Positions 30,943-41,944 of a DNA stretch of 64,000 nucleotides are shown in pieces (position 1 is the first letter of the stretch; every line of letters starts with the position of its first letter). A program made the position numbers and the translations under genes. The stretch lies in assembly GCA_965209155.1 (NCBI GenBank), contig OZ242383.1, positions 1,760,001 to 1,824,000 on the forward strand, in the 5' to 3' direction. Below the pieces are notes generated by a model. The model saw nothing but the letters and a program-made list of their open reading frames with translations. It had not been told where the DNA came from and did no database searches. This DNA is from a bacterium. Lineage in GTDB: Bacteria > SAR324 > NAC60-12.

Positions 30943-31416
30943 ATGAAAATTGAAGGGAATCGCATTACGTATTCAAAAAAACTGGAAGTGAAATTTTCAG
31001 CTAACGTCATTGAAGAAAATGAGGAGCAGGTTACCCTGGAAGGAGTGGATGAGGACTCATATTTGAAAATCTACTCCCCTTTTCGTGGAATCGCCCGGTT
31101 GCTGCTTTTTGAGAACGGAAAATGGTTTGACGCGGAAAGTGGCGTTTCCCAATTCGATTATTCCGCACTAGGTCTTGGCGAGCCTCCGGATTTGGATAAT
31201 TTGGATGAAAATGAAGAGCAAGCGGGAGACCGGAAAAAAACAGAGACCTCGGTTTCTGAACCAGGTCTTGGCGAGCCTCCGGATTTGAATAATTTGGATG
31301 GAAATGACGAGCAAGCGGAAGACCGCAAAAAAGCGGATGTCTCGGTTTCTGATTCTGAAGAAGTCGTGCTGGCCTCTGAAAAAGTAAAAAAACAAAATTT
31401 CCCAAGTAAGGAATAG
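30943..31416 (+). CDS. Hypothetical protein with an acidic 31-aa internal duplication
   Basis: ORF with RBS; two GLGEPPDL.NLD units (93-bp repeat, 31171-31356). Confidence 0.7.
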   Translation: MKIEGNRITYSKKLEVKFSANVIEENEEQVTLEGVDEDSYLKIYSPFRGIARLLLFENGKWFDAESGVSQFDYSALGLGEPPDLDNLDENEEQAGDRKKTETSVSEPGLGEPPDLNNLDGNDEQAEDRKKADVSVSDSEEVVLASEKVKKQNFPSKE

Positions 31417-31536
31417 TTGCTGAACCCACAGAGACTATTCCACAAAATCCTGGCGAATGCCGCGTTCTTCCTTCCCTGGTTCTCCCAGACCCTGTTGAAG
31501 CGCTCAAAGTGTATCAATTAAAATTGTGAAAAAACG

Positions 31537-33987
31537 ATGACCGAAAAAATTATTGAGACTGATATCTCCCGGGAAATGCGCGATTCATATCTGGAATACG
31601 CCATGAGCGTCATTATCGGACGTGCGCTACCCGACGTCCGCGATGGTCTGAAACCCGTGCACCGCCGAACGTTGTATTCAATGACGGAGCAGGGCAACGA
31701 CTACAACAAGCCCTATCGTAAGTCGGCAAGGGTAGTCGGAGACGTGATAGGGAAATACCATCCTCATGGGGAGTCTGCCGTTTACGATACCATCGTCCGA
31801 ATGGCCCAGAATTTTTCCATGCGTTATCCCCTGGTAGATGGACAGGGAAACTTCGGTTCGGTCGATGGAGATTCCGCTGCTGCCATGCGTTATACGGAAA
31901 TTCGTATGGAGCGCATCACCCATGAAATGATGACGGATCTTGAAAAGGATACCGTCGAGTTTATTCCCAATTACGACGAGTCGATTGCGGAACCCAGTGT
32001 TCTGCCGACAAAAATCCCCAATTTGCTGGTCAACGGTTCTTCGGGAATTGCCGTCGGAATGGCCAGTAATATTCCTCCACACAACATCGCTGAAGTGATG
32101 AATGGTTTGCTTTACTATATGGACCATCGAGACAATGCTTCTCTACCGGAGCTGATGAAGCATTTGCCCGGACCGGACTTTCCCACGGGCGGGCGTATCA
32201 TGGGAAGATCGGGTATTTATAGCGCCTACCAGACTGGAAGAGGAATCGTCATTGTGAGGGCGCAGACGCATTTTGAGAAAGGACCAGGAGACACGGAAAC
32301 TATCATTGTGACGGAGTTGCCTTATATGGTCAACAAGGCCAACCTGATCGAAAAAATCGCGGGCTTGGTGCGTGACAAGAAAATTGAAGGCATTTCGGAT
32401 TTACGGGATGAATCGGATCGAAAAGGGATGCGCATATACATTCAAGTGAAACGCAATGACAATCCGGAAGTTGTCCTGAGCAGTCTCTATAAACACACTG
32501 CCATGCAATCTTCCTTTGGCATTATCATGCTGGCCATTGTGGACCAGCAGCCCAAAGTACTGCCCTTGTTGCAAATTCTTCGTTTGTTCATGGAACATCG
32601 CATGTCGATTGTCAGACGAAGGATTCAATATGAATTGAACCAGGCGGAGGCCAGGGTCCATATTCTGGAAGGTTTGACGATCGCTCTTTCTCACCTGGAT
32701 GCGGTGATTGAACAAATCCGCAATGCGGAAAATGGGGCAGTTGCCAAGGAAGCACTGGTAGAAAATTATGACCTTTCGGACAAGCAAGCCCAAGCGATCC
32801 TGGACATGCGCTTGCAACGTTTGACAGGATTGGAACAAGATAAGGTCTTTCAGGAATTTGAGAATCTGAAAAAAGAGATTCAAAGATATCGGGAGATTCT
32901 TGCCGACGACAATCGGATTTTAGACATCGTTCGGCAAGAATGCCAGGAAATCCGTGATAAGTATGGAGATTCCCGCCGTACGGAGATTTCAGAAGAAGAC
33001 AGTTCTATTCCGATCGAGGAATTGATTACCCGGGAAGACATGGTGGTCACCATTTCCCACAGCGGCTATATTAAGCGCAGTTCCGTCAGCGAGTATCGTG
33101 TGCAGCGTCGTGGCGGGAAAGGACGAATTGGCATGAGCATGAAAGATGAGGATTTCGTAGAAAAAATGATTGTTGCATCCACGCACGACCACTTGCTGAT
33201 TTTTACGACCTTCGGGCAGGTTTTTGCCATGAAGGTCTATGAATTGCCCCAGGCCGGTCCTGCCAGCAAAGGAAAAGCCATTGTCAATCTTCTACCATTG
33301 AGACCAGAAGAAAAAATTTGTACCTATCTCAATATTGCAGAGTTTAGCGAAGACCGCTTTGTGTTGATGTGCACTGTCAATGGACTCTGTAAAAAATCCG
33401 AACTCAATGCATTTCGCAAAGTACGTTCTACCGGAATTCGCGCTATCACCCTCGATGCGAGTGACACGATGCTCTCTGCCCAATTGACTGATGGAAATCA
33501 GGAAGTTATATTTGCCACCCGGCAGGGGATGAGTTTGAGGTTCCATGAAAATCAGGTCCGCGCGATGGGACGTGAAGCCCGTGGAGTGATTGGGATACGT
33601 ATGAAAACGCAGGATCGAGTGGTCACCATGGAAGTTTTGCAAAAAACGGAAGCGATTCTGACAGTCACCGAAAATGGCTATGGTAAAAAGACTCTACTCG
33701 AGGATTACCCGCTTTCTAAAAATAGGGGCAATCAGGGAGTACGTACTATCATAACCTCCAAGCGAAACGGAAATGTCATCGGAGCCCTGGAGATCGGAGA
33801 ACATTATCAGGTTTTGCTTGTCACTCAATTCGGAAAATTAATCCGTATCAAAACCGATCAAATTCCGGTGATAGGTCGCATAACTCAAGGAGTGCGGCTT
33901 TTTAATCTGGAAAAAGGCGAGAAGGTTATTGATATCGCCCGTTTTGTGGAGGACACGGGAGGAGATGAGGAAAAGGAACCCGTTTAA
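31537..33987 (+). CDS. gyrA: DNA gyrase subunit A
   Basis: [20 protein letters not shown] catalytic Tyr, GyrA-box QRRGGKG, beta-pinwheel repeats. Confidence 0.97.
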   Translation: MTEKIIETDISREMRDSYLEYAMSVIIGRALPDVRDGLKPVHRRTLYSMTEQGNDYNKPYRKSARVVGDVIGKYHPHGESAVYDTIVRMAQNFSMRYPLVDGQGNFGSVDGDSAAAMRYTEIRMERITHEMMTDLEKDTVEFIPNYDESIAEPSVLPTKIPNLLVNGSSGIAVGMASNIPPHNIAEVMNGLLYYMDHRDNASLPELMKHLPGPDFPTGGRIMGRSGIYSAYQTGRGIVIVRAQTHFEKGPGDTETIIVTELPYMVNKANLIEKIAGLVRDKKIEGISDLRDESDRKGMRIYIQVKRNDNPEVVLSSLYKHTAMQSSFGIIMLAIVDQQPKVLPLLQILRLFMEHRMSIVRRRIQYELNQAEARVHILEGLTIALSHLDAVIEQIRNAENGAVAKEALVENYDLSDKQAQAILDMRLQRLTGLEQDKVFQEFENLKKEIQRYREILADDNRILDIVRQECQEIRDKYGDSRRTEISEEDSSIPIEELITREDMVVTISHSGYIKRSSVSEYRVQRRGGKGRIGMSMKDEDFVEKMIVASTHDHLLIFTTFGQVFAMKVYELPQAGPASKGKAIVNLLPLRPEEKICTYLNIAEFSEDRFVLMCTVNGLCKKSELNAFRKVRSTGIRAITLDASDTMLSAQLTDGNQEVIFATRQGMSLRFHENQVRAMGREARGVIGIRMKTQDRVVTMEVLQKTEAILTVTENGYGKKTLLEDYPLSKNRGNQGVRTIITSKRNGNVIGALEIGEHYQVLLVTQFGKLIRIKTDQIPVIGRITQGVRLFNLEKGEKVIDIARFVEDTGGDEEKEPV

Positions 33988-34648
33988 AAATTACAAACCT
34001 TTTTCCTCACGGGTTGTTTTTCAAATCACTGTATATTTCGGATTTTATCAGGATTTTCCCCGGTCAATTCTTGGAAGTCCTCTTCCATTATTTACGTCAG
34101 CAAAAAGGCGGTTCGAGTGCCTTTCCTTCCTCGATTATTTTTGATTGGAAATTAGCTACAGCAAAGGGAACCGTATCCCGTGCTGCATGAGACCGAATAG
34201 ATATTCGCAGAGTGCCATTGCTGTTTTTTGTTCCTGCAGGTTCCGACCTCTCCAGTCTTGTTACAGCAGTCCCCCTGAAAAATGTGAAGAATTGCATAGG
34301 ACTGAACGAATTCTTTGTTCATATCATCACGGAATTCGATCAATCCGGCCCGTTTATGAAAAAAAAAACGAAGAAAATACGCTAATAATTTTATAATGAA
34401 ATCATAATGATAGATATAAAATCATGATTTTTATGACAATTTTTTTTAGGATTTTTAATCAATTATTTGGGGCTAAGCAATTGATATTTCAGGGGATATT
34501 TTTCGTTGCTTTCCTACTCGGAATTTTTTATTGTGTGGATACGTCATGAGAAATCAGAGAGGGATATCAATCGAATCAATATCAGACGCAGGGAAGTGGT
34601 ACTCATCGGAAAAAGACAATATCCAGGTCAAGAGAGAAAGTAATCCAA

Positions 34649-36178
34649 ATGGACGTGGATTTGGGGAAGAAGATGGATCTGAACAGAAGATGGTCGCAAT
34701 TTAAGGAGCAACTCTGCAAAGAGCTTGAATCCGAACAGTACGAAGGGTGGATCGAGCAAATTGTGTTGGCGGAAGCTTCTACTAAGAAAATCATTATCGC
34801 CGGTATTCCCCATCCTCTCTTTCGAGACGATATCGCAAGCAATTATGATCGCTTGTTTCGCAGGCTTCTCAATGAAATCTTTCCTGAAATCGCTCCTGTA
34901 TATAAGAAAAAAATCAAATATTGCGTAGGCGCTTATGATGTTGATCGAAAGGACCCCATCCAAACGGAATTTGTTTTTGAAAAACTCCACAAGGATATTT
35001 CTTCGGATGAAGAACGAATTTCCACCTCCATGCCATTTGGGAAAAAAGCAGGACCATCAGGTGCTCGCGAAAACGTCATTTCTCTTCAATCGTCCGAAAT
35101 CTCCGCATTATTCAATCCCAAACATTCCCTGGATACTATCATTGTCAGCGAGCATAACAACCTGGCGTATGAAGCGGCTCGTCACATTATTCACGCTCCG
35201 GGAGCTTCCTACAATCCATTTTTCATTTATGGAGAATTGGGAACTGGTAAAACGCATCTGCTGGAAGCTATCGGACAGGCTTATCTCCAACTGTATCCGG
35301 AATCCTCTGTGGTTTATGTCACTGCGGAAACTATTTTGAATGATTACGTGGAGCATATCCAGCAAAAGAAAATGAGCAAATTTCGAAAGCAATACCGTCA
35401 AATGGACATGTTTTTGATCGATCGCGTGCAAATCGTCTCAGGAGCAAAAAATTTTCAGGAGGAACTCTATCATACAATTGAAACCTTAAAGAAAGCGGGA
35501 AAACAGATCGTGATGACCTGTAACCAGCTCAGCCGGAATATAAGGGAAATGAATCTCGCGCTCAGTTCCTTGTTGGAATCGGGATTGATGGTAGAAATCA
35601 CTCATCCGGATCTGGAAACTCGTGTTGCGATTCTACAAAATCGAGCACGAATTCACCATGTCAGGCTCCCCGCGGAAGTTTGTTATTTCATTGCCCGGCA
35701 CATCAATTCGAATGTGCAGAAAATGGAAAGCGCTTTAATTCGCTTGGGAGCCCATGCTTCTCTTCTTGGTCAGAAGATCAACCTTGAATTCGCAAAAAAG
35801 ACTTTGTCCGATCTCCTGGAAAGTCCGATTCATGAAGATCACATCGATCGGATTCTTCAAAAAATCTGCACCCTGTCGCAAGTGTCCCGCTCTGATCTGA
35901 ATTCAGGAACGAGGGCCAGCCACGTGGTCCGCGCACGTCGGATGGGAATGTATTTGCTGAAAGAGTTGACGAGTATGTCCCTGACGGAAATTGGCGCTCA
36001 ATTTGGAAACAGGTCTCATACCGCCATTCATAATTCTATTAAACAAATTCGCAATAGAATGGAAACTGATAAGGGATTGCGTCAACAACTTGAAGCGCTG
36101 AAAGAGGATCTCTCTCAAACGGAGGCAAAGCAAATAAAAATCTTTCAAAAGTTTTCCAAAATGAAGAAACATCAATGA
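34649..36178 (+). CDS. dnaA: DnaA-family protein (divergent paralogue)
   Basis: YNPFFIYGELGTGKTHLL, PDLETRVAIL, domain IV SLTEIG..FGNRSHT; key AAA+ residues substituted. Confidence 0.85.
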   Translation: MDVDLGKKMDLNRRWSQFKEQLCKELESEQYEGWIEQIVLAEASTKKIIIAGIPHPLFRDDIASNYDRLFRRLLNEIFPEIAPVYKKKIKYCVGAYDVDRKDPIQTEFVFEKLHKDISSDEERISTSMPFGKKAGPSGARENVISLQSSEISALFNPKHSLDTIIVSEHNNLAYEAARHIIHAPGASYNPFFIYGELGTGKTHLLEAIGQAYLQLYPESSVVYVTAETILNDYVEHIQQKKMSKFRKQYRQMDMFLIDRVQIVSGAKNFQEELYHTIETLKKAGKQIVMTCNQLSRNIREMNLALSSLLESGLMVEITHPDLETRVAILQNRARIHHVRLPAEVCYFIARHINSNVQKMESALIRLGAHASLLGQKINLEFAKKTLSDLLESPIHEDHIDRILQKICTLSQVSRSDLNSGTRASHVVRARRMGMYLLKELTSMSLTEIGAQFGNRSHTAIHNSIKQIRNRMETDKGLRQQLEALKEDLSQTEAKQIKIFQKFSKMKKHQ

Positions 36179-36191
36179 AAGCCACGACTCT

Positions 36192-37193
36192 TCATTTTCC
36201 GGCTGTAATCATTCCTTTAAAGAATAAACCATATTCTCCGGGAAGATAATCCTGGATCATGCCAAAGTAGCGATTCCACGGCTCCACGGGCAGACGTTCA
36301 CGACTTTGATAATAGAGGGAGGTTTTTCCATGCTTCCAGCGATCCTGTAAGTAGGATTTCAAGGGGGAGTGTTCACTCAAGCCTTCCAGTACAATCACCC
36401 GCGAGCCCGATCCCGAGGCGTATTTTTCAAAATGTTTCAATATTTCTTCACCTTTGTCAGCCGCCAGGTAGCGTTCTAAAAGGAGAGTAGCCTGGTAATC
36501 GATTTTGATCCAATTGGTCAAATCCAGCAATTCCAAATGCACTTCTGCGTCCATTTTATTGGAATCATCCAGAACAATACCAATCTCCAGATCCCGGGCA
36601 AGCGTCCGAATCGTCTTCAAGTAATCTTTTGTGACGTGTTCGCTCAGTTCCAGGTAGAAAAGGCGTTTATATTCAGGAAACAGTTGGAGGAGCAGTTTCA
36701 GCGCCATGGGATAATTTAAGTAATCGGGATCTACATTCTGGGTGAAGCGTAAGGTGGTTGAATTTTCATTAAAAAGATTGGTTTGCAGCTTCAAGAGACG
36801 CAAAGTGATCAATGCCGCAATCAGGGAGGCGAAACGCAGCAGGACTGAAGGAATTTGCAGTTCCTGGCATTGATGCAATATCCCTCCAAAACTACGCCCC
36901 TTCTGGTCGATAGAAAGCAATTCGAATCCCTTTGTTACAGGGTGGGTGTCCGGGGCGGCAAGGACGTCGACAGCTTCTGCTTTCACTGAAAGCCACTTGA
37001 GATAATTTTTTGCGCGTTCGCTGAGATTTTGCCATTCCCTTGCCATCAGAATGGAAAGCAATTTTTCCGTAATCGAAGGGAAACAGGTGAGAGGAATGTT
37101 GGGTGGCACCAGCAATACCGCGGATTCGGCAAGTTTTTCATCATCCAGCAAGTCTCCTGTTTCAAAGGCTAAATCCAGGGAAGATAAGCTCAT
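36192..37193 (-). CDS. Divergent EAL-domain-like protein
   Basis: Ordered motifs GFELL, NVDP, LELSE, IVLDD, IKID, VLEG, YQ parallel the EAL consensus. Confidence 0.55.
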   Translation of the reverse strand: MSLSSLDLAFETGDLLDDEKLAESAVLLVPPNIPLTCFPSITEKLLSILMAREWQNLSERAKNYLKWLSVKAEAVDVLAAPDTHPVTKGFELLSIDQKGRSFGGILHQCQELQIPSVLLRFASLIAALITLRLLKLQTNLFNENSTTLRFTQNVDPDYLNYPMALKLLLQLFPEYKRLFYLELSEHVTKDYLKTIRTLARDLEIGIVLDDSNKMDAEVHLELLDLTNWIKIDYQATLLLERYLAADKGEEILKHFEKYASGSGSRVIVLEGLSEHSPLKSYLQDRWKHGKTSLYYQSRERLPVEPWNRYFGMIQDYLPGEYGLFFKGMITAGK

Positions 37194-37257
37194 AAGGTCT
37201 CTTCAGGGACAACGGCATTTGGGGTGAAGGTAAACAATTGCCTGCGAATCAGGTATT

Positions 37258-38595
37258 CTATTGCAATAAGTTCGCAAATTTAGTGTATTTTCCAAGGAAA
37301 GCCAAACGTTTGGTTCCGGTTTCCCCATTTCGATGCTTGGCCACTATGATTTCCGCGATTCCCTGATCTTCGCTTTCTTCATTATAAATTTCATCCCGGT
37401 AAATGAACATGATGATATCCGCATCCTGCTCGATAGCGCCCGATTCGCGTAAATCCGACATTAAAGGATGTTTTTTATTGCGGCGCTCCAAATCCCGGTT
37501 CAGTTGGGAAACAGCAACCAGGGGCACATTGAACTCTTTCGCGATTGCTTTCAGGTTCCTTGAAATTTCCGCAATTTCCTGTTCCCTGGAATCGAAGCGG
37601 GTGGCACTTTGCATGAGTTGTAAGTAATCCACGATAATCAGTCCCATATCTCCATAGTCATTTTGGGCCTGGCGAATGACTTTGCGAATGTGGCTGTGTG
37701 AGATGGCTCCTTGATCGTCGATGAGCAAAGGAGCCTCCATTATTTTTGCAGCGGCTCTGGATAAACTGTCCCAATCTGCTTGATCCAATCGTCCGGTTTG
37801 GAGTTTATGGGTATCCACTTTCCCTTCACTGCACAAAAGCCTCATGGCGATGTGTTCTTTGGGCATTTCCAAGCTGAATATCAGCACCGGGACTTTGCGG
37901 TGAGCGGAAGCATAAAAACCTATGTTGATCGCGAAGGCCGTTTTTCCCATGGAAGGACGAGCGGCGAGGATGATCAGGTCTCCTTTTTGCAGTCCATGGG
38001 TCAATTCATCCAGTTCGGTGAACCCTGTTGCAATGCCGGTGACGGTTTCCGGTGATTGGGAACGCTGTTCCAGCAAATCAAAATAATCATGAATTACCGT
38101 ACTCAGTTGATCATAATTTTTTTGAATGCCAACTTTGGATTCAAGCAGACGGATAGTATCCGTAGCTTGCTCGATGAGGATTTCGACATTTTCCGGTGAT
38201 TCCGTACCTTTTTTGGCAATGTCATTGGCAGCCAGAATCAATTCGCGCATTCGCCCTTTTTCTTGGACGATACGCGCATAGTACTCGACGTTTTCTACGA
38301 CCGGTGTGGATTGAGCCAAATCAACGAGATAATTCACCCCACCCGTTTGCTCGAGTAAATTTCGATCTTTCAGGAAGCTACCCAAGGTGACTTCATCAAC
38401 AGGTTCGTTTTTCTCTCTTAAGTCTAAAGCTGCCTGGTATATTTTTTGATGGGCTGGAGAAAAAAAATCTGAGGAAACCAGGGTATCCGCAACTTGATAA
38501 AGGACATCATTCTTGATGATGATCGCCCCTAAAATAGCCTGTTCCGCCGTTTTGTCGTGGGGCAATAATTTCGACGAATAGTCTTGCGAAGCCAT
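37258..38595 (-). CDS. dnaB: Replicative DNA helicase
   Basis: AARPSMGKT, FSLEM, VDYLQL, SQLNR, DLRESGAIEQDAD, KHRNG. Confidence 0.97.
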   Translation of the reverse strand: MASQDYSSKLLPHDKTAEQAILGAIIIKNDVLYQVADTLVSSDFFSPAHQKIYQAALDLREKNEPVDEVTLGSFLKDRNLLEQTGGVNYLVDLAQSTPVVENVEYYARIVQEKGRMRELILAANDIAKKGTESPENVEILIEQATDTIRLLESKVGIQKNYDQLSTVIHDYFDLLEQRSQSPETVTGIATGFTELDELTHGLQKGDLIILAARPSMGKTAFAINIGFYASAHRKVPVLIFSLEMPKEHIAMRLLCSEGKVDTHKLQTGRLDQADWDSLSRAAAKIMEAPLLIDDQGAISHSHIRKVIRQAQNDYGDMGLIIVDYLQLMQSATRFDSREQEIAEISRNLKAIAKEFNVPLVAVSQLNRDLERRNKKHPLMSDLRESGAIEQDADIIMFIYRDEIYNEESEDQGIAEIIVAKHRNGETGTKRLAFLGKYTKFANLLQ

Positions 38596-38664
38596 ATATA
38601 CTCCCCAGAAAAATGCATCAGTTATAAATGCGTCAGAGCATTCCGGATGCGCGGCGAAAATAAA

Positions 38665-39222
38665 TCAAGAGTGAGATTCCGGGTTTGAAGTTGGTACGTC
38701 CGCTTTTTCAGACTCTTTCTCATCTCCAGGTTCAGAGGGTTGGGCAGGGGTTTCATTTGAATCGGATGGAAGTTGTGCGAAGTCCCCGATCACATTGATA
38801 TCAATGTCCACCTTCACTTCCGTGTGTAACTTGACCGAGACTTTATGAGTACCTGTTGACTTGATGGGTTCATGAGGAACAATATTGCGACGAGACACAT
38901 CAAATTCTTGTTCCTTTAGCAGATCCATAATTTCTTTGTTTGTCACCGAACCGAATAATCGCCCACCTGGTCCTGATTTTTTGTGAATTTCCAGTTTTAA
39001 GACGACCAGTCTGGCTGCTTCTCCATTGGCATTTTCAATAGCGGCTTGCCTTAATTTTTCAAAAAATTGCATGCGATGCCGTAATTCCCTGGATTTCTTA
39101 CCAGAAGCCAGGATGGCCTTGCCTTGGGGGAGCAGATAGTTGCGCGCATAACCAGGTTTGACCTGAACCTGATCGCCCAACACTCCTAAATTGGGAATGT
39201 CTTGTACTAAAATGACTTTCAC
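38665..39222 (-). CDS. rplI: 50S ribosomal protein L9
   Basis: MKVIL..LG..G..V.VKPGYARNYLLP, LFGSVT. Confidence 0.96.
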   Translation of the reverse strand: MKVILVQDIPNLGVLGDQVQVKPGYARNYLLPQGKAILASGKKSRELRHRMQFFEKLRQAAIENANGEAARLVVLKLEIHKKSGPGGRLFGSVTNKEIMDLLKEQEFDVSRRNIVPHEPIKSTGTHKVSVKLHTEVKVDIDINVIGDFAQLPSDSNETPAQPSEPGDEKESEKADVPTSNPESHS

Positions 39223-39424
39223 GACCTACTCTCTTTCGTTAAATGGTTAATCTGACAGTTCATCCGGTTACACCCCGGGGTCACCGTCACAGTGGGAAAT
39301 TATCTTCAAGATTCCTCACGCTTCTTCAAATAAGCCTTCTCCATGAATGAGCCACCGCTGAACAAACCGTTACAGGTGAAATTCAGAAGGTCTTGTTTTT
39401 ATTCCCCCAAGTTGAGTTTATTTT

Positions 39425-39682
39425 TTACAAACCTTGAGTGACAGAGCCTCCCGTAGTTGACAGGAGTGCCAGGTTCCGTGCCCGTTTTATCTCGACCCTC
39501 AGCATTCGTTGATACGGTGCGGAAACCCCGGAAATGCGACTTGGAATAATTTTACCGGCATCTGTTATATAATCTTTCAACAAGTCGACGTCTTTGTAAT
39601 TGATAGTCTGGATCCCGGCTTCTTTGAAGGGACAGAATTTTCGTTTACGGGGGATGATTTTTCGTCTTCGTCTATGAACCAT
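39425..39682 (-). CDS. rpsR: 30S ribosomal protein S18
   Basis: [29 protein letters not shown]. Confidence 0.96.
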   Translation of the reverse strand: MVHRRRRKIIPRKRKFCPFKEAGIQTINYKDVDLLKDYITDAGKIIPSRISGVSAPYQRMLRVEIKRARNLALLSTTGGSVTQGL

Positions 39683-40187
39683 TTTGTTCCTCCTTGCTTA
39701 CCGGGATTAATTCAGAATCTTCGTTGCTATCCTCGTCGGCCTTTTCTTCAAGTTCGTCAGTCAGCGCTTCTTCTGACTCCTCTACTCCCCCGGTAACTTC
39801 GCTTTCCGGCTTACTTTCCTTTTCCGAGCGAGAAATTTCAGGGGCATCTTCTTTGTGAAGCAATTCCAGAAAACGCTCGTATTCCAGTCGGATGTCTTCT
39901 ATTTTAATCGTCTGGAATCGTAAGATTTCTTCAATGAAACGGTATTGTTGATTCAACTCCTTCAGCATTTCTTCGTTTCCCGTGATGTAGAGCAAATGAT
40001 AAACACCATGAGTTTTTTTATTGATGAGATAGGCCAGACGTCGGCGCCCCCAAAGGTGATATTGTTGGATTGCTCCACCTTGATGAGCCACCGTGTTTTT
40101 TAATTTATCCAGAATTCCCGATAGCGCCTCTTCCGACAAATCGGGATCTGTTATAAAAACGGATTCATATCCTTTCATAAATTTCAT
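39672..40187 (-). CDS. rpsF: 30S ribosomal protein S6 with acidic C-terminal extension
   Basis: [21 protein letters not shown]; position upstream of rpsR. Confidence 0.93.
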   Translation of the reverse strand: MKFMKGYESVFITDPDLSEEALSGILDKLKNTVAHQGGAIQQYHLWGRRRLAYLINKKTHGVYHLLYITGNEEMLKELNQQYRFIEEILRFQTIKIEDIRLEYERFLELLHKEDAPEISRSEKESKPESEVTGGVEESEEALTDELEEKADEDSNEDSELIPVSKEEQNGS

Positions 40188-40286
40188 TCCTTTACAAGAT
40201 CAGCCTGTTAGCGGGCATGCCATGAAAATCTCAATCATGCGCAGTGGCTTCCAATCGCTGGAGCATTCCTGTCTTGACAAGCCCAT

Positions 40287-40862
40287 TCATTCTTCCTCGT
40301 CCGGTAAACTGAGCGAGGTGTTTTCAAAAACCGAATCATTGATAAATCGCATCAGATTGTGGATGACGGAGTCCCGGATTTTATTGAATTTTCGCAAGTC
40401 TTCTTTCCACCATTTGCTCAACACGTAATTACGGGGTGCTACTCCGTCAGGGGGGCGACCGATTCCCAAGCGTATCCGCTTGAAGCGCTCTGTTCCGAGA
40501 TGCTCTGTAATCGAACGTACCCCGTTGTGTCCCCCATGACTCCCTTTAAGCCGGAATCTTACTTTCCCCAGGGGGAGATCCAAATCGTCATAAACGACCA
40601 CCATTTCTTCTTCCACCGGAATTTTGAAAAATTGAGAACACGCAAAGACGCTCCGACCACTATTGTTCATGAATGTCATTGGTTTCATTAAGACGAATCG
40701 TGACCCCTCCCACTCGGATTTTGTAATTGCCGCTTGAAATTTGTTATAAAATGAAGGCGCTTCCAAGCATTGGGCCAATTGATCAACCACCATAAATCCT
40801 GCATTGTGTCGTTGATGTTGGTAGGCAATGCCTGGATTTCCCAATCCAACAATCAGTTTCAT
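40287..40862 (-). CDS. pth: Peptidyl-tRNA hydrolase
   Basis: GLGNPG, RHNAGF, MNNSG, GGHNG. Confidence 0.96.
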   Translation of the reverse strand: MKLIVGLGNPGIAYQHQRHNAGFMVVDQLAQCLEAPSFYNKFQAAITKSEWEGSRFVLMKPMTFMNNSGRSVFACSQFFKIPVEEEMVVVYDDLDLPLGKVRFRLKGSHGGHNGVRSITEHLGTERFKRIRLGIGRPPDGVAPRNYVLSKWWKEDLRKFNKIRDSVIHNLMRFINDSVFENTSLSLPDEEE

Positions 40863-41446
40863 TCCTCATTTTCTTCCTCTGCCTTGCGACCAATAATGGT
40901 CGCAAGGCTATAATTTTCGTTGGCGTTGATAGATACGGAGTTTGGACAATTCACGTTTTCAACCCGGACCGTTTGATGAAAGTCCAACTTTGACACGTCC
41001 ACTTCGAGCGCTTCGGGGATATTGCCAGGCAGGCAGGTGATGGGAATTTCCCGCACAACCATTTGTATGATTCCTCCTTTTTTAACTCCGGGCGAAGATC
41101 CGATAGTTTTGAGAGGAACTTTCAAGGTAACAGGTTGTTCATCATCCAATTTACGAAAGTCCAGGTGCAGCAATTCCCGTCGGTACGGATGTTTTTGTAT
41201 TTCTTGAAGCAAAACTCGATGTTCCGTGGCGTTGCCCGTTCCATCGGTGATCTGCAAGCGAAGTAATTGATGCGACCCATCCAGTCTGGAAATATATCTT
41301 CGTGTGACTTCCTCTTCCATTTCCAAAGCAATCCTTTCACCCATACCATAAAGAATAGCGGGTATCTTATTTTGAAATCTCAAACGTCGATTGGCCTTTT
41401 TTCCCCTCGAAAGACGCACGTTTGCCGTCAATGGTTCTACTGACAT
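40859..41446 (-). CDS. rplY: 50S ribosomal protein L25/Ctc
   Basis: IPAILYG, QKHP..LHLDF, GVKKGG. Confidence 0.93.
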   Translation of the reverse strand: MSVEPLTANVRLSRGKKANRRLRFQNKIPAILYGMGERIALEMEEEVTRRYISRLDGSHQLLRLQITDGTGNATEHRVLLQEIQKHPYRRELLHLDFRKLDDEQPVTLKVPLKTIGSSPGVKKGGIIQMVVREIPITCLPGNIPEALEVDVSKLDFHQTVRVENVNCPNSVSINANENYSLATIIGRKAEEENEE

Positions 41447-41538
41447 GCGAAGCTCCTTTTTTTCATGGATAGTAAAAACAGATACCTCTTATACTCATTT
41501 TATGAGTTTTCGTCAATAATAATATCTATTTCAAACGT

Positions 41539-41686
41539 GAATCAGGAGTTAAAAATGTGTCATTCCTGGCTTGACCAGGAATCCAGGAAGATACGGGCGA
41601 TATTTTGGATTCCGGATCAAGTCCGGCATGACACATCATACTTATTAAATTATTGATTTTATAAATTAAATTTCAACTCCTGATTC
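41539..41686. repeat. Palindromic MITE-like element with an outer inverted repeat
   Basis: tgtgtcattcctggcttgaccaggaatcca...tggattccggatcaagtccggcatgacaca (41556-41635) within gaatcaggagtt / aactcctgattc. Confidence 0.75.
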
Positions 41687-41944
41687 GCATATTTCAAATG
41701 TAATTTGAAGGGAAGGTCTGAAATTTGAAGTGATTTTCCGGGTTCGCAGTACGCATAAACCTTTTTCTTTGGCAGTGGCATACGAAATCAAGCTTGATGT
41801 TTCGGGTCGGAAGCGACATTTTTTACATGTATTCTGAGCAAAGTGTTTGATTGTCAGTAACACGCAATAGTTCGGGAATGCGATATATCATCGAGGATTC
41901 GAGTTTTATTTTTCTATTTCGTATTTTATCAGTCAAGGTATGCA

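Noticed and set aside
31760..31790. GyrA QRDR variant (HGESAVYD)
   Set aside because: Conservative D-to-E change; the Ser83/Asp87-equivalent residues are wild type
33990..34648. oriC between gyrA and dnaA
   Set aside because: Only one imperfect DnaA box seen, no dnaN, degenerate DnaA, and the flanking gene blocks converge rather than diverge
39223..39424. ncRNA or small gene between rpsR and rplI
   Set aside because: No recognisable structure or credible ORF
40188..40286. S6:S18 ribosomal leader upstream of rpsF
   Set aside because: Consensus stem and anti-SD pairing not clearly identifiable by eye
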